Positions 33,183-43,129 of a stretch of 64,000 nt of DNA are shown in pieces. Source of the stretch: Alphaproteobacteria bacterium (lineage in GTDB: Bacteria; Pseudomonadota; Alphaproteobacteria; GCA-2746255); the NCBI GenBank assembly GCA_965249135.1, contig OZ252220.1, positions 1,568,001-1,632,000 of the forward strand, given 5' to 3'. The notes below the pieces were generated by a model. That model searched no databases, was not told where the DNA came from, and saw nothing but the letters and a program-made list of their open reading frames with translations. Positions within the stretch are counted from its first letter, which is position 1. Each line of letters opens with the position of its first letter. The position numbers were made by a program, and so were the translations under genes.

Positions 33183-35576
33183 TTACGAAGGAACCTTGTC
33201 TGGTTCACCGATTAAAACTTCGCGCTTGCCGACATGGTTGGCAGGACTGACGAGGCCATCCGCCTCCATCTGGTCCATGATCCGCGCCGCCCGATTGTAA
33301 CCGATTTGAAGGTGGCGTTGGATGAAGCTTGTGGAGGCCTTGCCCTCGCGGCGGATAAGGCCGACGGCCTGGGCGTAAAGGTCGCCGGCTTCGCCTTCAG
33401 GAAGCGAGGCGAAGGCGTCGTCTTCCTCTGCCGTGATCTGTTCGAGATAGTCCGGCTCGCCCTGTTCCTTCAGGAAATTGACGACGCGCTCGACCTCTTT
33501 GTCGCTGACGAGGGGGCCGTGGATACGGGTGATCCGCCCGCCGCCGGTCATGTAAAGCATGTCGCCCTGGCCTAGCAGCTGTTCGGCTCCCTGGTCGCCG
33601 AGGATCGTGCGGCTGTCGATCTTGGAAGTGACCTGAAAACTAATCCGGGTCGAGAAGTTTGCCTTAATCGTGCCGGTCACCACGTCGACGGAAGGACGCT
33701 GTGTCGCCATGATCAGGTGCACGCCGGCGGCACGGGCCATTTGCGACAGACGCTGAATGGCCATCTCGACGTCCTTGCCGGCAATCAGCATCAGGTCCGC
33801 CATTTCATCGACGACGACGACGATGTAGGGAAGCGGGGTGAGATCAAAAGGCTGTTCTTCAAACACCGGTTTTCCGGTTTCCGGATCGAAACCCGTTTGA
33901 ATGGTCCGCGTAAGAATTTCGCCCTTGTTTTTTGCTTCCGCGACGCGCGCGTTGTAATTGTCGATGTTGCGCACGCCCAGCTTCGACATGGAGCGGTATC
34001 GGTTCTCCATTTCGCGAACGACCCATTTCAGCGCGACGATGGCTTTCCTTGGTTCTGTGACAACCGGATGCAAGAGATGCGGGATGGCGGCGTAAGTCGA
34101 TAGTTCCAGCATTTTCGGATCGATCAGAATCAGTTTGCACTTCTCTGGAGACAGCTGGTAAAGTAGCGACAGGATCATTGTGTTGATGGCCACCGACTTG
34201 CCCGATCCGGTCGTGCCCGCGATGAGAAGATGTGGCATGCGAGCGAGATCGACCGTGACGGGGCTGCCGCCGATGTCTTTCCCAAGAACGAGCGTCAGGC
34301 TCTGAGTCGTTTTCTCGAAAGCCGAAGACGAAAGAAGTTCGCGCAAATACACCGTCTCGCGGCCGGCGTTCGGAAGCTCGATCCCGATGACGTTGCGTCC
34401 GGGTACGACGGCGACGCGAACGGACACGGCACTCATCGAGCGCGCGATGTCGTCGGACAGCCCGATGACGCGCGAGGTCTTCGTTCCCGGTGCGGGTTCG
34501 AGTTCATAAAGAGTGACGATGGGGCCGGGACGCACCTTGATGATTTCACCACGCACGCCGAAATCGTCGAGCACGGATTCCAAGAGACGGGCATTCTGCT
34601 CGAGCGCGGTTTCATCGATCTGGGCGATGGTCGCCACCTTCGGCGGCGCATCCAGGAAATCGAGCGGCGGAAGCTCGAACGCTTCCCCGGCAAGCAGATG
34701 GAATTTTGGCTCCCGTTCGGCCTTCACGCGTTTGCCAAGGGCAAGCCCTTTCGTGCGCGGTGCGATCCGGCTTGCTTCCTTTTCGAACGCTGCGGTCTGC
34801 GCAGGAACCTGCTCGGGTGGTGCCTCAAACACGGGCGCCGCCGCGCTTGCGGGCGCATCCTCTTCGTTGCGCGAGGCAAAGAAATGGCGCAGATCCAGCC
34901 CCTCGCGGAGAAAGGCAAGTCCGCCAAGGGCCGCCCGATGGGCAAGCCGCAAGCAGACTTGGCCGCCGCGTAAGAGCCAAGCGCCAAGGAAGACGAGGCC
35001 ACGCGCCGCCGCCTGCCATTCCCGGCGATCGAAACCAAGCGCCGGCAGGAAGGTGAAAAGCGTGAAGATGGCCGCGGTCGCGCCGATCATGCCCGGAGCA
35101 AGCGGCAGCTCAAGGGCCACGATCTCGCGGAAAAAAAGGGCGCCGGTAAACCCACCGAGGCCGCCTTCCAGCTGCCAGCCTTCCGGGCTCGCGAAGCTGG
35201 TGGCGGCAAGGGTTGCGCCAAGCAACGCGAAGGGAAGCAGGGCAAGCCGCATCCAGAAGCGCCCGATCCCCCGTTTCGAGAGGATCCGCCAGCTCCAGGC
35301 CAAAAGCAGCGGCACCAGAAGCAAGGAGGCGAGGCCGATCGTTTGCAAGAGAAAGTCTGCCGCCATCGCGCCCGCTGGCCCAAGCCAGTTGGCGATGGGC
35401 CCGTCGCCCGCACTGTTCAGCGATGGATCGGCGGCCGCGTAGCTGAATAACGCCAGCCCAAGCGCTGCGGCCAGGAGCGCAAAGAAAAGGCCGGCCGCCT
35501 CGATCAGGCGACGGCGCAGGAATTCACGGATGCCGGCCGGGAGAAAGGTTGTTTTTCTGGAACTTACCGATCGCAT
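33183..35576 (-). CDS. ftsK: DNA translocase FtsK
   Basis: N-terminal TM domain; AGTTGSGKS, DEMADLM, ATQRPS, gamma domain IGYNRAA. Confidence 0.97.
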   Translation of the reverse strand: MRSVSSRKTTFLPAGIREFLRRRLIEAAGLFFALLAAALGLALFSYAAADPSLNSAGDGPIANWLGPAGAMAADFLLQTIGLASLLLVPLLLAWSWRILSKRGIGRFWMRLALLPFALLGATLAATSFASPEGWQLEGGLGGFTGALFFREIVALELPLAPGMIGATAAIFTLFTFLPALGFDRREWQAAARGLVFLGAWLLRGGQVCLRLAHRAALGGLAFLREGLDLRHFFASRNEEDAPASAAAPVFEAPPEQVPAQTAAFEKEASRIAPRTKGLALGKRVKAEREPKFHLLAGEAFELPPLDFLDAPPKVATIAQIDETALEQNARLLESVLDDFGVRGEIIKVRPGPIVTLYELEPAPGTKTSRVIGLSDDIARSMSAVSVRVAVVPGRNVIGIELPNAGRETVYLRELLSSSAFEKTTQSLTLVLGKDIGGSPVTVDLARMPHLLIAGTTGSGKSVAINTMILSLLYQLSPEKCKLILIDPKMLELSTYAAIPHLLHPVVTEPRKAIVALKWVVREMENRYRSMSKLGVRNIDNYNARVAEAKNKGEILTRTIQTGFDPETGKPVFEEQPFDLTPLPYIVVVVDEMADLMLIAGKDVEMAIQRLSQMARAAGVHLIMATQRPSVDVVTGTIKANFSTRISFQVTSKIDSRTILGDQGAEQLLGQGDMLYMTGGGRITRIHGPLVSDKEVERVVNFLKEQGEPDYLEQITAEEDDAFASLPEGEAGDLYAQAVGLIRREGKASTSFIQRHLQIGYNRAARIMDQMEADGLVSPANHVGKREVLIGEPDKVPS

Positions 35577-35728
35577 CCTTCAGATCTCATGGGTTCAAGG
35601 CGCGCCCATCTTAATCCGGCCGCGCGCCGGGAAACAAGCCTTCCGCCCCGAAATACCACATCATCTTGCGGGGAACTTGCGTCAAAACCCCTAGATGTGT
35701 GCGTTGCGGGCCGAAGGCAGGGGATGCG

Positions 35729-35761
35729 AAAAAAAGCCCGGAAGGGAACCCCCTTCCGGGC
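35729..35761 (-). terminator. Intrinsic terminator after amtB
   Basis: 11-bp perfect stem GCCCGGAAGGG/CCCTTCCGGGC with 4-nt loop and a U7 tail on the minus strand. Confidence 0.88.
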
Positions 35762-35788
35762 AAGAGTGCTGAAAATTGGAGGGCACGC

Positions 35789-37087
35789 CTAAAGCACGCT
35801 TTCCCCGTGGAGGCGGATGTCGAGGCCTTCGCGCTCGTCCTCCTCCTTCACGCGGATCCCGATGACGAGATCGATCACCTTCAGCAGGATGAAGGAGACG
35901 ACGGCGCAATAGCCGATCGTGGCACCGATGCCGTAGGCTTGCGTCAACACCTGACCGGGGTTGCCTTCGATAAGGCCGGCCGTCCCGCCGATCGCCTCGA
36001 CGGCGAAGACGCCGGTCAGCAGGGCGCCGACGATGCCGCCGAGCCCATGGACGGCGAAGACGTCGAGCGAATCGTCGTAACCGAGCTTACGTTTCAGCCA
36101 GGTCGCTCCCCAGAAGCAGACGATGCCAGCCGCGACGCCGATGCAAAGCGCGCCCATCGGGTCGACGTAACCAGAAGCCGGCGTGATCGCGACGAGGCCG
36201 GTCACCGCACCCGAGGCGATGCCGAGCACGCTGGGTTTCCCATGGGCAATCCATTCCACGGACATCCAGGCCAACGCCGCCGCCGCGGTCGCGATTTGGG
36301 TCACCGCCATCGCCATGCCGGCGAGCCCATCGGCTGCCACGGCGGAGCCGGCGTTGAAGCCGAACCAGCCGACCCATAGGAAGGAAGCGCCCATGATCGT
36401 CAGCACCAAATTGTGCGGCATGATGACTTCCTTGCCATAGCCGGTGCGGGGGCCAAGGACGAGGCACGCCACAAGTGCTGCGACGCCGGAATTGATATGG
36501 ACGACGGTGCCGCCAGCGAAGTCCAAGACCCCGATATCGCCCAGGAAACCGCCGCCCCACACCCAATGGGTAATCGGCGAATAGACCAGGATGGACCACG
36601 CGGCCAAGAACAGAAGAAGAGCGGAAAACTTCATCCGTTCGGCGATCGCCCCGGTGATGAGAGCGGCCGTGATGATGGCGAAGGTAAGCTGGAAGATGAT
36701 GAAGACGGACTCCGGAATCGAGCCGTTGATCTGTTCGAGCTCAAGCGTCTTCAAAAACAAATTGCTTAAGTCCCCAACATAGGCGCCGCCTGCACCGAAG
36801 GCGAGGCTGTAGCCGATGATCATCCAGATGATGGTGATCATGCAGGTGACCGTGAAGCTTTGCATGGCGGTGGCAAGGACGTTCGGTTTGCGCACCATGC
36901 CGCCGTAGAAAAGGGCGACCCCCGGGATCGTCATCAACAAGACCAGCGCGGTGGCGGTCAGCATCCAGGCGGTGTCTCCGCTGTTCAGACTGGGCGCCGC
37001 CTCGGCCGTCGCAGCAAGCGCTTCCTCAGCAAACGCCGACCCGCTCGAGGCGGTCAGCGCGAAAATTGCAAATAGCAGTCTCCTCAT
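35789..37087 (-). CDS. amtB: Ammonium transporter
   Basis: FYGG, DFAGGTVVH, WFGFNAGS, DDSLDVF.VHG. Confidence 0.97.
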   Translation of the reverse strand: MRRLLFAIFALTASSGSAFAEEALAATAEAAPSLNSGDTAWMLTATALVLLMTIPGVALFYGGMVRKPNVLATAMQSFTVTCMITIIWMIIGYSLAFGAGGAYVGDLSNLFLKTLELEQINGSIPESVFIIFQLTFAIITAALITGAIAERMKFSALLLFLAAWSILVYSPITHWVWGGGFLGDIGVLDFAGGTVVHINSGVAALVACLVLGPRTGYGKEVIMPHNLVLTIMGASFLWVGWFGFNAGSAVAADGLAGMAMAVTQIATAAAALAWMSVEWIAHGKPSVLGIASGAVTGLVAITPASGYVDPMGALCIGVAAGIVCFWGATWLKRKLGYDDSLDVFAVHGLGGIVGALLTGVFAVEAIGGTAGLIEGNPGQVLTQAYGIGATIGYCAVVSFILLKVIDLVIGIRVKEEDEREGLDIRLHGESVL

Positions 37088-37096
37088 GGGGGTCTC

Positions 37097-37493
<397 letters not shown>

Positions 37494-37575
37494 AATCCGG
37501 TAGTTAGTTAACTCATTGAATTACATGTATAATTTTTTAAAGTCCCCGGGCGCAGCACGGCCGCGCTCAAGAATC

Positions 37576-37621
37576 CGCCCAGTTTTTGGGCAGGTGCTCC
37601 GTTTTGATCAAAAACTGGGCA
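37576..37621. promoter_or_regulatory. Two probable NtrC-type enhancer sites
   Basis: CGCCCAGTTTTTGGGCA (37576-37592) and TGATCAAAAACTGGGCA (37605-37621), about 85-130 bp upstream of the sigma54 motif. Confidence 0.6.
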
Positions 37622-37727
37622 GATTCGAGGGCCCAACCCCGCCTCCGGCTGGACAGACGCCCAAGGACGGGCGATGGTGCGGCCTGCGGCCAGGGAGAAG
37701 CGCCAGGGAGAGGCGGAAGGCGAAACC

Positions 37728-38951
37728 ATGACGGAACGCACGGAAGCGGTGATCATCGGCGGTGGCCTCATCGGGCTCACCCTCGGCATCGCGCTTGGCC
37801 GTTCCGGTATCGAAACGGTCGTCGTCGAGCGGGAATCGCCGAAGCGGGTTCGCAATGCCGCCTTCGACGGCCGCACCTCTGCAATCGCATTTGGTTCGCG
37901 CCAGGTGCTGGAGGCTTTAGGCCTTTGGGAGGCGATGGAAGGGCAAGCGGAGCCCATCCTCGACATCCGGGTGGCGGACGGCGATTCGCTTCTCTTTCTC
38001 CACTACGACCATCGCGACGTGGGCTCGGACCCCTTCGGCCACATCCTCGAGAATCGGTATTTGCGTAAAACCCTTCTCGAAAGCGCAGACAAGGTGCCGG
38101 CGCTTAAATTGAAGGCGCCGGCAGAAGTGCGGCATCTCGAACGCGATGCCCATGGTGTTACCGCGTATCTTGATTCCGGCGAGACGATCAAGGGGCAAAT
38201 CGCGATCGCAGCGGACGGGCGGAACTCGCCGATGCGCAAGCAAGCCGGCATTCGCGCTTTACGTTGGGCGTACCCGCAAACGGCGATCGTCTGCACGGTG
38301 CGCCATGAAAGGCCCCATCGGGGCGTTGCCGTCGAACACTTTCTCCCCGCCGGGCCCTTCGCGATTCTTCCGATGACGGAGCAACGATCCTCGATCGTCT
38401 GGACGGAACAAAGCACGCTCACGCCGACGCTGCTTGAACTCGAAGCGGGTGCCTTCCTTCGGGAGCTTGCGCGTCGCTTCGGGGATTACCTGGGCGCGCT
38501 TGAAGTGGTGGGCCAGCGCTGGCCCTATCCGCTCTCCCTCGTGCTCGCCGAACGCTATTTAAGCGATCGGCTCGTGCTTGTCGGTGACGCGGCCCACGGC
38601 ATCCACCCGATCGCCGGCCAGGGACTGAATTTGGGCTTTCGGGACGTAGCGAGCTTGGCGGAATGTCTCGTCGATACCCACCGGCTGGGCCTCGACTTAG
38701 GTTACGGCGTCCATCTCGAACGCTACCAGCGGCTGCGCAGGTTCGACAATTTCCTGATGGCGGCGGCGACGGACGGGCTCAACCGGCTTTTCTCGAACGA
38801 CGTCGCCCCCCTTCGCCTCATTCGGGATACCGGCCTTGCCGCCGTCAATCGGTTTTCGCCTTTGAAGCGGCGTCTCATGCGTCACGCCATGGGCATGCCT
38901 GCGCGCGGCTTGGAGAAGGGGCCGCGACTGATCCGCGGCCTTCCCCTTTGA
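37728..38951 (+). CDS. UbiH/COQ6-family FAD-dependent hydroxylase
   Basis: IGGGLIG, AADG..S, GDAAH.IHP.AGQGLNLG.RD. Confidence 0.9.
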   Translation: MTERTEAVIIGGGLIGLTLGIALGRSGIETVVVERESPKRVRNAAFDGRTSAIAFGSRQVLEALGLWEAMEGQAEPILDIRVADGDSLLFLHYDHRDVGSDPFGHILENRYLRKTLLESADKVPALKLKAPAEVRHLERDAHGVTAYLDSGETIKGQIAIAADGRNSPMRKQAGIRALRWAYPQTAIVCTVRHERPHRGVAVEHFLPAGPFAILPMTEQRSSIVWTEQSTLTPTLLELEAGAFLRELARRFGDYLGALEVVGQRWPYPLSLVLAERYLSDRLVLVGDAAHGIHPIAGQGLNLGFRDVASLAECLVDTHRLGLDLGYGVHLERYQRLRRFDNFLMAAATDGLNRLFSNDVAPLRLIRDTGLAAVNRFSPLKRRLMRHAMGMPARGLEKGPRLIRGLPL

Positions 38952-38970
38952 GAGCGCGCTTAAGGGGGCT

Positions 38971-39174
38971 TTACGTTTTTACTTCGCTCTCGTCCAGCGC
39001 GCGTGCCTCGTCGACCAGCATGATCGGGATGCCGTCGCGAATGGGATAGGCGAGCTTCGCCCGGTCGCTGATCAGTTCCTGGCGTTCTGGATCCAAACGA
39101 AGCGGCCCTTTCGTGAGCGGGCAGACGAGGATTTCCAGAAGCTTCGGATCGACGCCGGCTTTTCCTTCTCCCAT
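38971..39174 (-). CDS. Trm112/YcaR family protein
   Basis: [24 protein letters not shown]. Confidence 0.9.
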   Translation of the reverse strand: MGEGKAGVDPKLLEILVCPLTKGPLRLDPERQELISDRAKLAYPIRDGIPIMLVDEARALDESEVKT

Positions 39175-39189
39175 GAAACCGTTCTCCTT

Positions 39190-39834
39190 CTAATTCGGCC
39201 GGATGCCATCGCCCGTGCCGGGTGCCAGAAGGGCCATTTCCAAAAGCGCCGTTAACACCTGGCTGCGGTCGGCAAGGTTCGGGCATTCGAGCAACGCCTG
39301 CTTTTCGTTCGACTCGAACGGGCAGGTCATGGCAAGCGAGACGATGAGCTGTTCGTCCGGAAGCGCGGTGACGGCCTTCCATTCGACCTCGATCGAGTTT
39401 TGCTGCAGGAACAGGCGAAGGACGTCCAGCAACCGGTTGCGGTCGATCTGATCGCCGGCTTCCGGCATCTGATCCTCGGAGAAGTTGGAATAGTCGGTGA
39501 CGACGCGGCGATACCCGTTCTGCTCGGGCAGTTCGCGAACGCAATCGAAGCGGCTGACACCTGTCAGCATAATGAGAAAACGTTCGCCCCCCGTTTCGTT
39601 GAAGGCAGTGATGCGGCCGATGCACCCGGTTCGGTAAATCTCCAGCGTGTCCGACTTGTCGTCGGCCTTCAGCGGCTGCACCATCCCGATGATGCGATCG
39701 TTCGCCATTGTGTCGTGAATCATGTTGAGGTAGCGCGGCTCGAAGATATTGAGCGGAAGTACGCCACGCGGTAAAAGCAGCGCGCCGCTTAAGGGGAAGA
39801 TCGGAACGATTCCTGGCAGTTTGTCTTCCAGCAT
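39190..39834 (-). CDS. Lon N-terminal (substrate-binding) domain protein
   Basis: PIFPL.GALLLP, LPLNIFEPRY, EKQALLE. Confidence 0.88.
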   Translation of the reverse strand: MLEDKLPGIVPIFPLSGALLLPRGVLPLNIFEPRYLNMIHDTMANDRIIGMVQPLKADDKSDTLEIYRTGCIGRITAFNETGGERFLIMLTGVSRFDCVRELPEQNGYRRVVTDYSNFSEDQMPEAGDQIDRNRLLDVLRLFLQQNSIEVEWKAVTALPDEQLIVSLAMTCPFESNEKQALLECPNLADRSQVLTALLEMALLAPGTGDGIRPN

Positions 39835-39835
39835 C

Positions 39836-40747
39836 TTACGCAAACAAAAGCGTTGAGAGTTGCCTGCGCCCTGCGACCGTCAACGGATCTTCCGGCCCGA
39901 GGGCTTCGAAGAATTTCAGAAGCTGTGTATGCGCCGCCTTGTCGTTCCATTGGCGATCGCGGCGGATGATCTCAATCAGGGATTCGATCGCCGCTTCGCG
40001 ATCGTCGCTTGCGAACTCGGCCATGGCAAGCTCGTAGCGCACGGCATGATCGTTCGGGTTTTCCGCAAGCTTCGCCGAGAGCACTTCCGTTTCTTGCGAA
40101 GGGATGGCCTGTTCGGCAAGCTCGAGGCGGGCCCGGATGCCGGCGATGGCCGGGTGGTTGCGCAGTTTTTCGGGCACCTCTTCGAGATAGGCCTTGGCGG
40201 ATGGTTCGTCGTCGGAGGCAAGGAAGCTTTCGATGATACCGGCCAGCGCATCGGCGTTTTCCGGATCCTGTCCGAGGATGTTGGAGTAAAGCGCCTGGGC
40301 GCTACCGACGTCGTCTGCATCAATCGCTTTCTTCGCCGTCTCAAGTGCTGCGGCCGTTTGATCGGCGACAGGCGCGCCGAGCATGCGCTCGAAGAACTGA
40401 CGCAGACCCTCTTCCGGGATCGGCCCCATGAAGCCGTTCGCCGGCGTGCCGTTCTGAAAGACCAGCACGGCCGGCACCGTCTGGAGCTGCAATTGCTGGA
40501 CGATCTCGGGGTATTGCTGGACGTTGATCTTGACGAGGCGGACCCGCGCACCGGCTTCCCGCGCCAGGCGCTCGATGAGCGGCGTGAACTGCTCACAGGC
40601 CGGGTTCGGCATCCAGAAATAGACGAAGACGGGGGCCTGTTTCGATGGCTCGACGACGTCCTCGAGGAAGCCTTGCGGGCTTCCTTCGACGATCGTCGGG
40701 AGGTCGGCGCCATCCGCAAGCAGCGGCGGGTCGGTCATCGGGTCCAT
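39836..40747 (-). CDS. Thioredoxin-TPR co-chaperone (YbbN/CnoX family)
   Basis: Thioredoxin fold followed by TPR-like helices; ends GRRQLSTLLF; usual cnoX-lonN-trm112 order. Confidence 0.85.
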   Translation of the reverse strand: MDPMTDPPLLADGADLPTIVEGSPQGFLEDVVEPSKQAPVFVYFWMPNPACEQFTPLIERLAREAGARVRLVKINVQQYPEIVQQLQLQTVPAVLVFQNGTPANGFMGPIPEEGLRQFFERMLGAPVADQTAAALETAKKAIDADDVGSAQALYSNILGQDPENADALAGIIESFLASDDEPSAKAYLEEVPEKLRNHPAIAGIRARLELAEQAIPSQETEVLSAKLAENPNDHAVRYELAMAEFASDDREAAIESLIEIIRRDRQWNDKAAHTQLLKFFEALGPEDPLTVAGRRQLSTLLFA

Positions 40748-40914
40748 CGGCGGCTTTCCTTAAGGCTTAAAAAGGCGATCTTTTCGTTGGGGGGCGAATC
40801 ATGGGGGTTCGGGAGGCTTCGCGCAAGCCCGGCAAACGGGCTTGAATTCGAAGGCGCTTTGCCTAGACTCCGCCCTTCCGGGGGTCTTCGGTATAACCGG
40901 AGATCCCGGCGGAT

Positions 40915-40989
40915 GCGGGCGTAGCTCAGGGGTAGAGCGCAACCTTGCCAAGGTTGAAGTCGTGGGTTCGAATCCCATCGCCCGCTCCA
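40915..40989 (+). tRNA. tRNA-Gly (GCC)
   Basis: Acceptor stem GCGGGCG/CGCCCGC, anticodon arm CAACC-TTGCCAA-GGTTG, GTTCGAATC, encoded CCA. Confidence 0.97.
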
Positions 40990-41143
40990 TTTCTCAAAGA
41001 CAAGAAAAGCCGCCGATCGCCACGGACTTGCGCCGGGCGGGGCCGATTCTGTCAATCGTTATGGGCGCCGGGGAACATTGGCTTGGGGTCGCGGTTACCG
41101 GCGGGTTACAGATTCTGTAATGGGAGAATGCCTTACAGAGCTG

Positions 41144-41183
41144 TTAGCTAAGATTTAGCTAGGTAATTAGCTAAGTAACTAGG
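41144..41183. repeat. Cluster of TTAGCTA(A/G)G repeats
   Basis: Copies at 41144, 41155 and 41167, plus degenerate TAACTAGG at 41176. Confidence 0.75.
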
Positions 41184-41706
41184 TCGCGTGAACGTGACCT
41201 ACACTACGCTTCCGCGAATACTCAAATGCTTTGTCGGTGGCTACCTCAACATCTTCGAGTGAAGCGCGCAGTAGCACCGTTATTAAACTGAGCGTGAAAC
41301 GCTCAATTCCAAAAATTACGGCTAAAAATGGATTCGCGGCATACACAGATAACAAGAACAAGCGATCAATTGTCTCAATGTCACGCTTCAAATCCGGATC
41401 TAAAACAGTCCACATTTCACGCGACTTGCGGCGCTGTTTCTTGCTCAACATCATTTGCAACCAAATGAAGGGCGTAAAAATAATTACAAGAATCAAAATC
41501 CAACGGTTATAGGCCTGATTTAACATGAACTCGATTACTATGCGGTGATGAGCACTAAGATTGGAATTAGAAAGCATTTTTTCACCAAGCTCACCTAATT
41601 CCAGACGCAGCGGCTGTACAGCCCTCGCCAATCTAAGATGAAGAAACGAATAGAGGGCCAACGCTAGCGCTATATAAAGTACTAACTCGCCCAATTCAAT
41701 TATCAT
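41179..41706 (-). CDS. Hypothetical membrane protein (AT-rich)
   Basis: 175-aa ORF in AT-rich DNA, about three hydrophobic segments, AGGA upstream of the ATG. Confidence 0.7.
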   Translation of the reverse strand: MIIELGELVLYIALALALYSFLHLRLARAVQPLRLELGELGEKMLSNSNLSAHHRIVIEFMLNQAYNRWILILVIIFTPFIWLQMMLSKKQRRKSREMWTVLDPDLKRDIETIDRLFLLSVYAANPFLAVIFGIERFTLSLITVLLRASLEDVEVATDKAFEYSRKRSVGHVHAT

Positions 41707-42111
41707 TGTTTGTCCTATCGTCGTCTAAGAGCGGCAAGCGCAGATGCAATTGCTCCCTCTGCGAATCACGGACACCATTATATTGGTCTATATGTTGATG
41801 CCTTTCAAGTCTCTTCTGTGAACGTAAATAAACAGTAAAAACGAGGGCAATCAAGGTTACGATAAAAAGCCAAGGGTTCCTTTCAGCCTAATTCAGATAC
41901 CCAAAAAACATTCGTTCGACTGCATCGACAATATATCGCAGCCCATCTTCACTAAACCGCCAGGTGGAAGTTTCGCCTTCAATTTCTAGCGCGGAGTTTG
42001 ATTTTGAATCATTGGCCATTAGCCAACTACGGCAGATACTAGTTAGGGTTGCAAGCTGGCCGTTACATTAGCCTAATTTCAAAGCTTTTTTCTTCTTCGG
42101 TTTGTGCGTCG

Positions 42112-42537
42112 ATGAGCGATCCAGAATCAAAAAATTTGCCGGAGGGCATCGGTCCGCACGAGGGGCGGGAGCTTGCCCTCATGCTTGAAGGCAAGAAGCC
42201 AATGGCGATGTTTTTCGACGTGCTTCCGGAATGCGGCGTCATCCCACGCGGCGAATTTCGGCCTTATGTCGAGTCGGGGCAAATTCTTATGCGCGAAGCG
42301 GTCTATCATCCCGTCCATCAAGGCAAGAAAGATGCGCCCCTCCGTTATATCTATTATGCCACGCCCAAAGAGGGCTGGCGCATCGAGGCCATGCATCGAA
42401 TCCAGCGCGAGATTGCAAGCGGCCTTCGTCCGGCGACGGACGAAGACGATATAGCAATCGGTCGATTGTTGGGCTATTCGGAAAAAGACATCCTGCGTTT
42501 CTTGGCGCGGCAAGCCAAGCGCCTGGCTTCCATTTAG
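42112..42537 (+). CDS. Hypothetical protein (GIGPHEGREL...IGRLLGY)
   Basis: 141-aa ORF with protein-like composition; function not recognised. Confidence 0.72.
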   Translation: MSDPESKNLPEGIGPHEGRELALMLEGKKPMAMFFDVLPECGVIPRGEFRPYVESGQILMREAVYHPVHQGKKDAPLRYIYYATPKEGWRIEAMHRIQREIASGLRPATDEDDIAIGRLLGYSEKDILRFLARQAKRLASI

Positions 42538-42543
42538 GAAATT

Positions 42544-42930
42544 TCACGCATTTTTCTTTTCCGTGCACTGTGGGCAGAGTTTGCCCTTTGATCCACCATG
42601 GGGGGCGCCGCATTCTGGACAACGTATAATTGGAGAACGCCCGGAGATTTCGGAGTCTTCCGGATCTTCGAGAACACGGTTTAAATCCTCTTCGGTTTCA
42701 CCACCAGGTTTGATAATCCCATCAACGGTCAATCCACGGACGCGTTGATAGCGCTTGATGGCGGAGAACATCTCTTCGTCGGGAAAAGGCGTTATGCCTT
42801 GTGACGGGGTGTCATAGAAGCCGATTTCACCAAGCGCTCGTTTTATTGTCAGGACGTCACTTGGTTGAACATTAGAGCTGCGGTCAATCCTGTCTTGTAA
42901 TTCGATGGTCGCGCGCATGTGTCTCTCCAT
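42544..42930 (-). CDS. Peptidoglycan-binding domain protein with C-terminal CxxC..CxxC
   Basis: DV..IK.AL...G.Y and AIKRYQ...GLTVDG match PG_binding_1; CPEC and CPQC; start may be 42918. Confidence 0.75.
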   Translation of the reverse strand: MERHMRATIELQDRIDRSSNVQPSDVLTIKRALGEIGFYDTPSQGITPFPDEEMFSAIKRYQRVRGLTVDGIIKPGGETEEDLNRVLEDPEDSEISGRSPIIRCPECGAPHGGSKGKLCPQCTEKKNA

Positions 42931-43011
42931 ATTGGTTTGAAGAAATATCGTTCTCGATTTTGCTGGCGATATCGTGCTTGGGTTGTTGGGGGTGCCCTCC
43001 GCGCGATTGGT

Positions 43012-43044
43012 AGAAAATAAAAGACCGCCCCTATGAGGGCGGCC
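43012..43044 (-). terminator. Probable intrinsic terminator
   Basis: Minus strand GGCCGCCC-TCATAG-GGGCGGTC followed by TTTTATTTTCT. Confidence 0.65.
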
Positions 43045-43129
43045 CTTCTAGCAACGGAGTTCTGGCAATTTCTAGTAGAGTGTAACAGCCGCGGTATAGG
43101 AAATCAATCCTATTTCTTAAAGCTACTCG

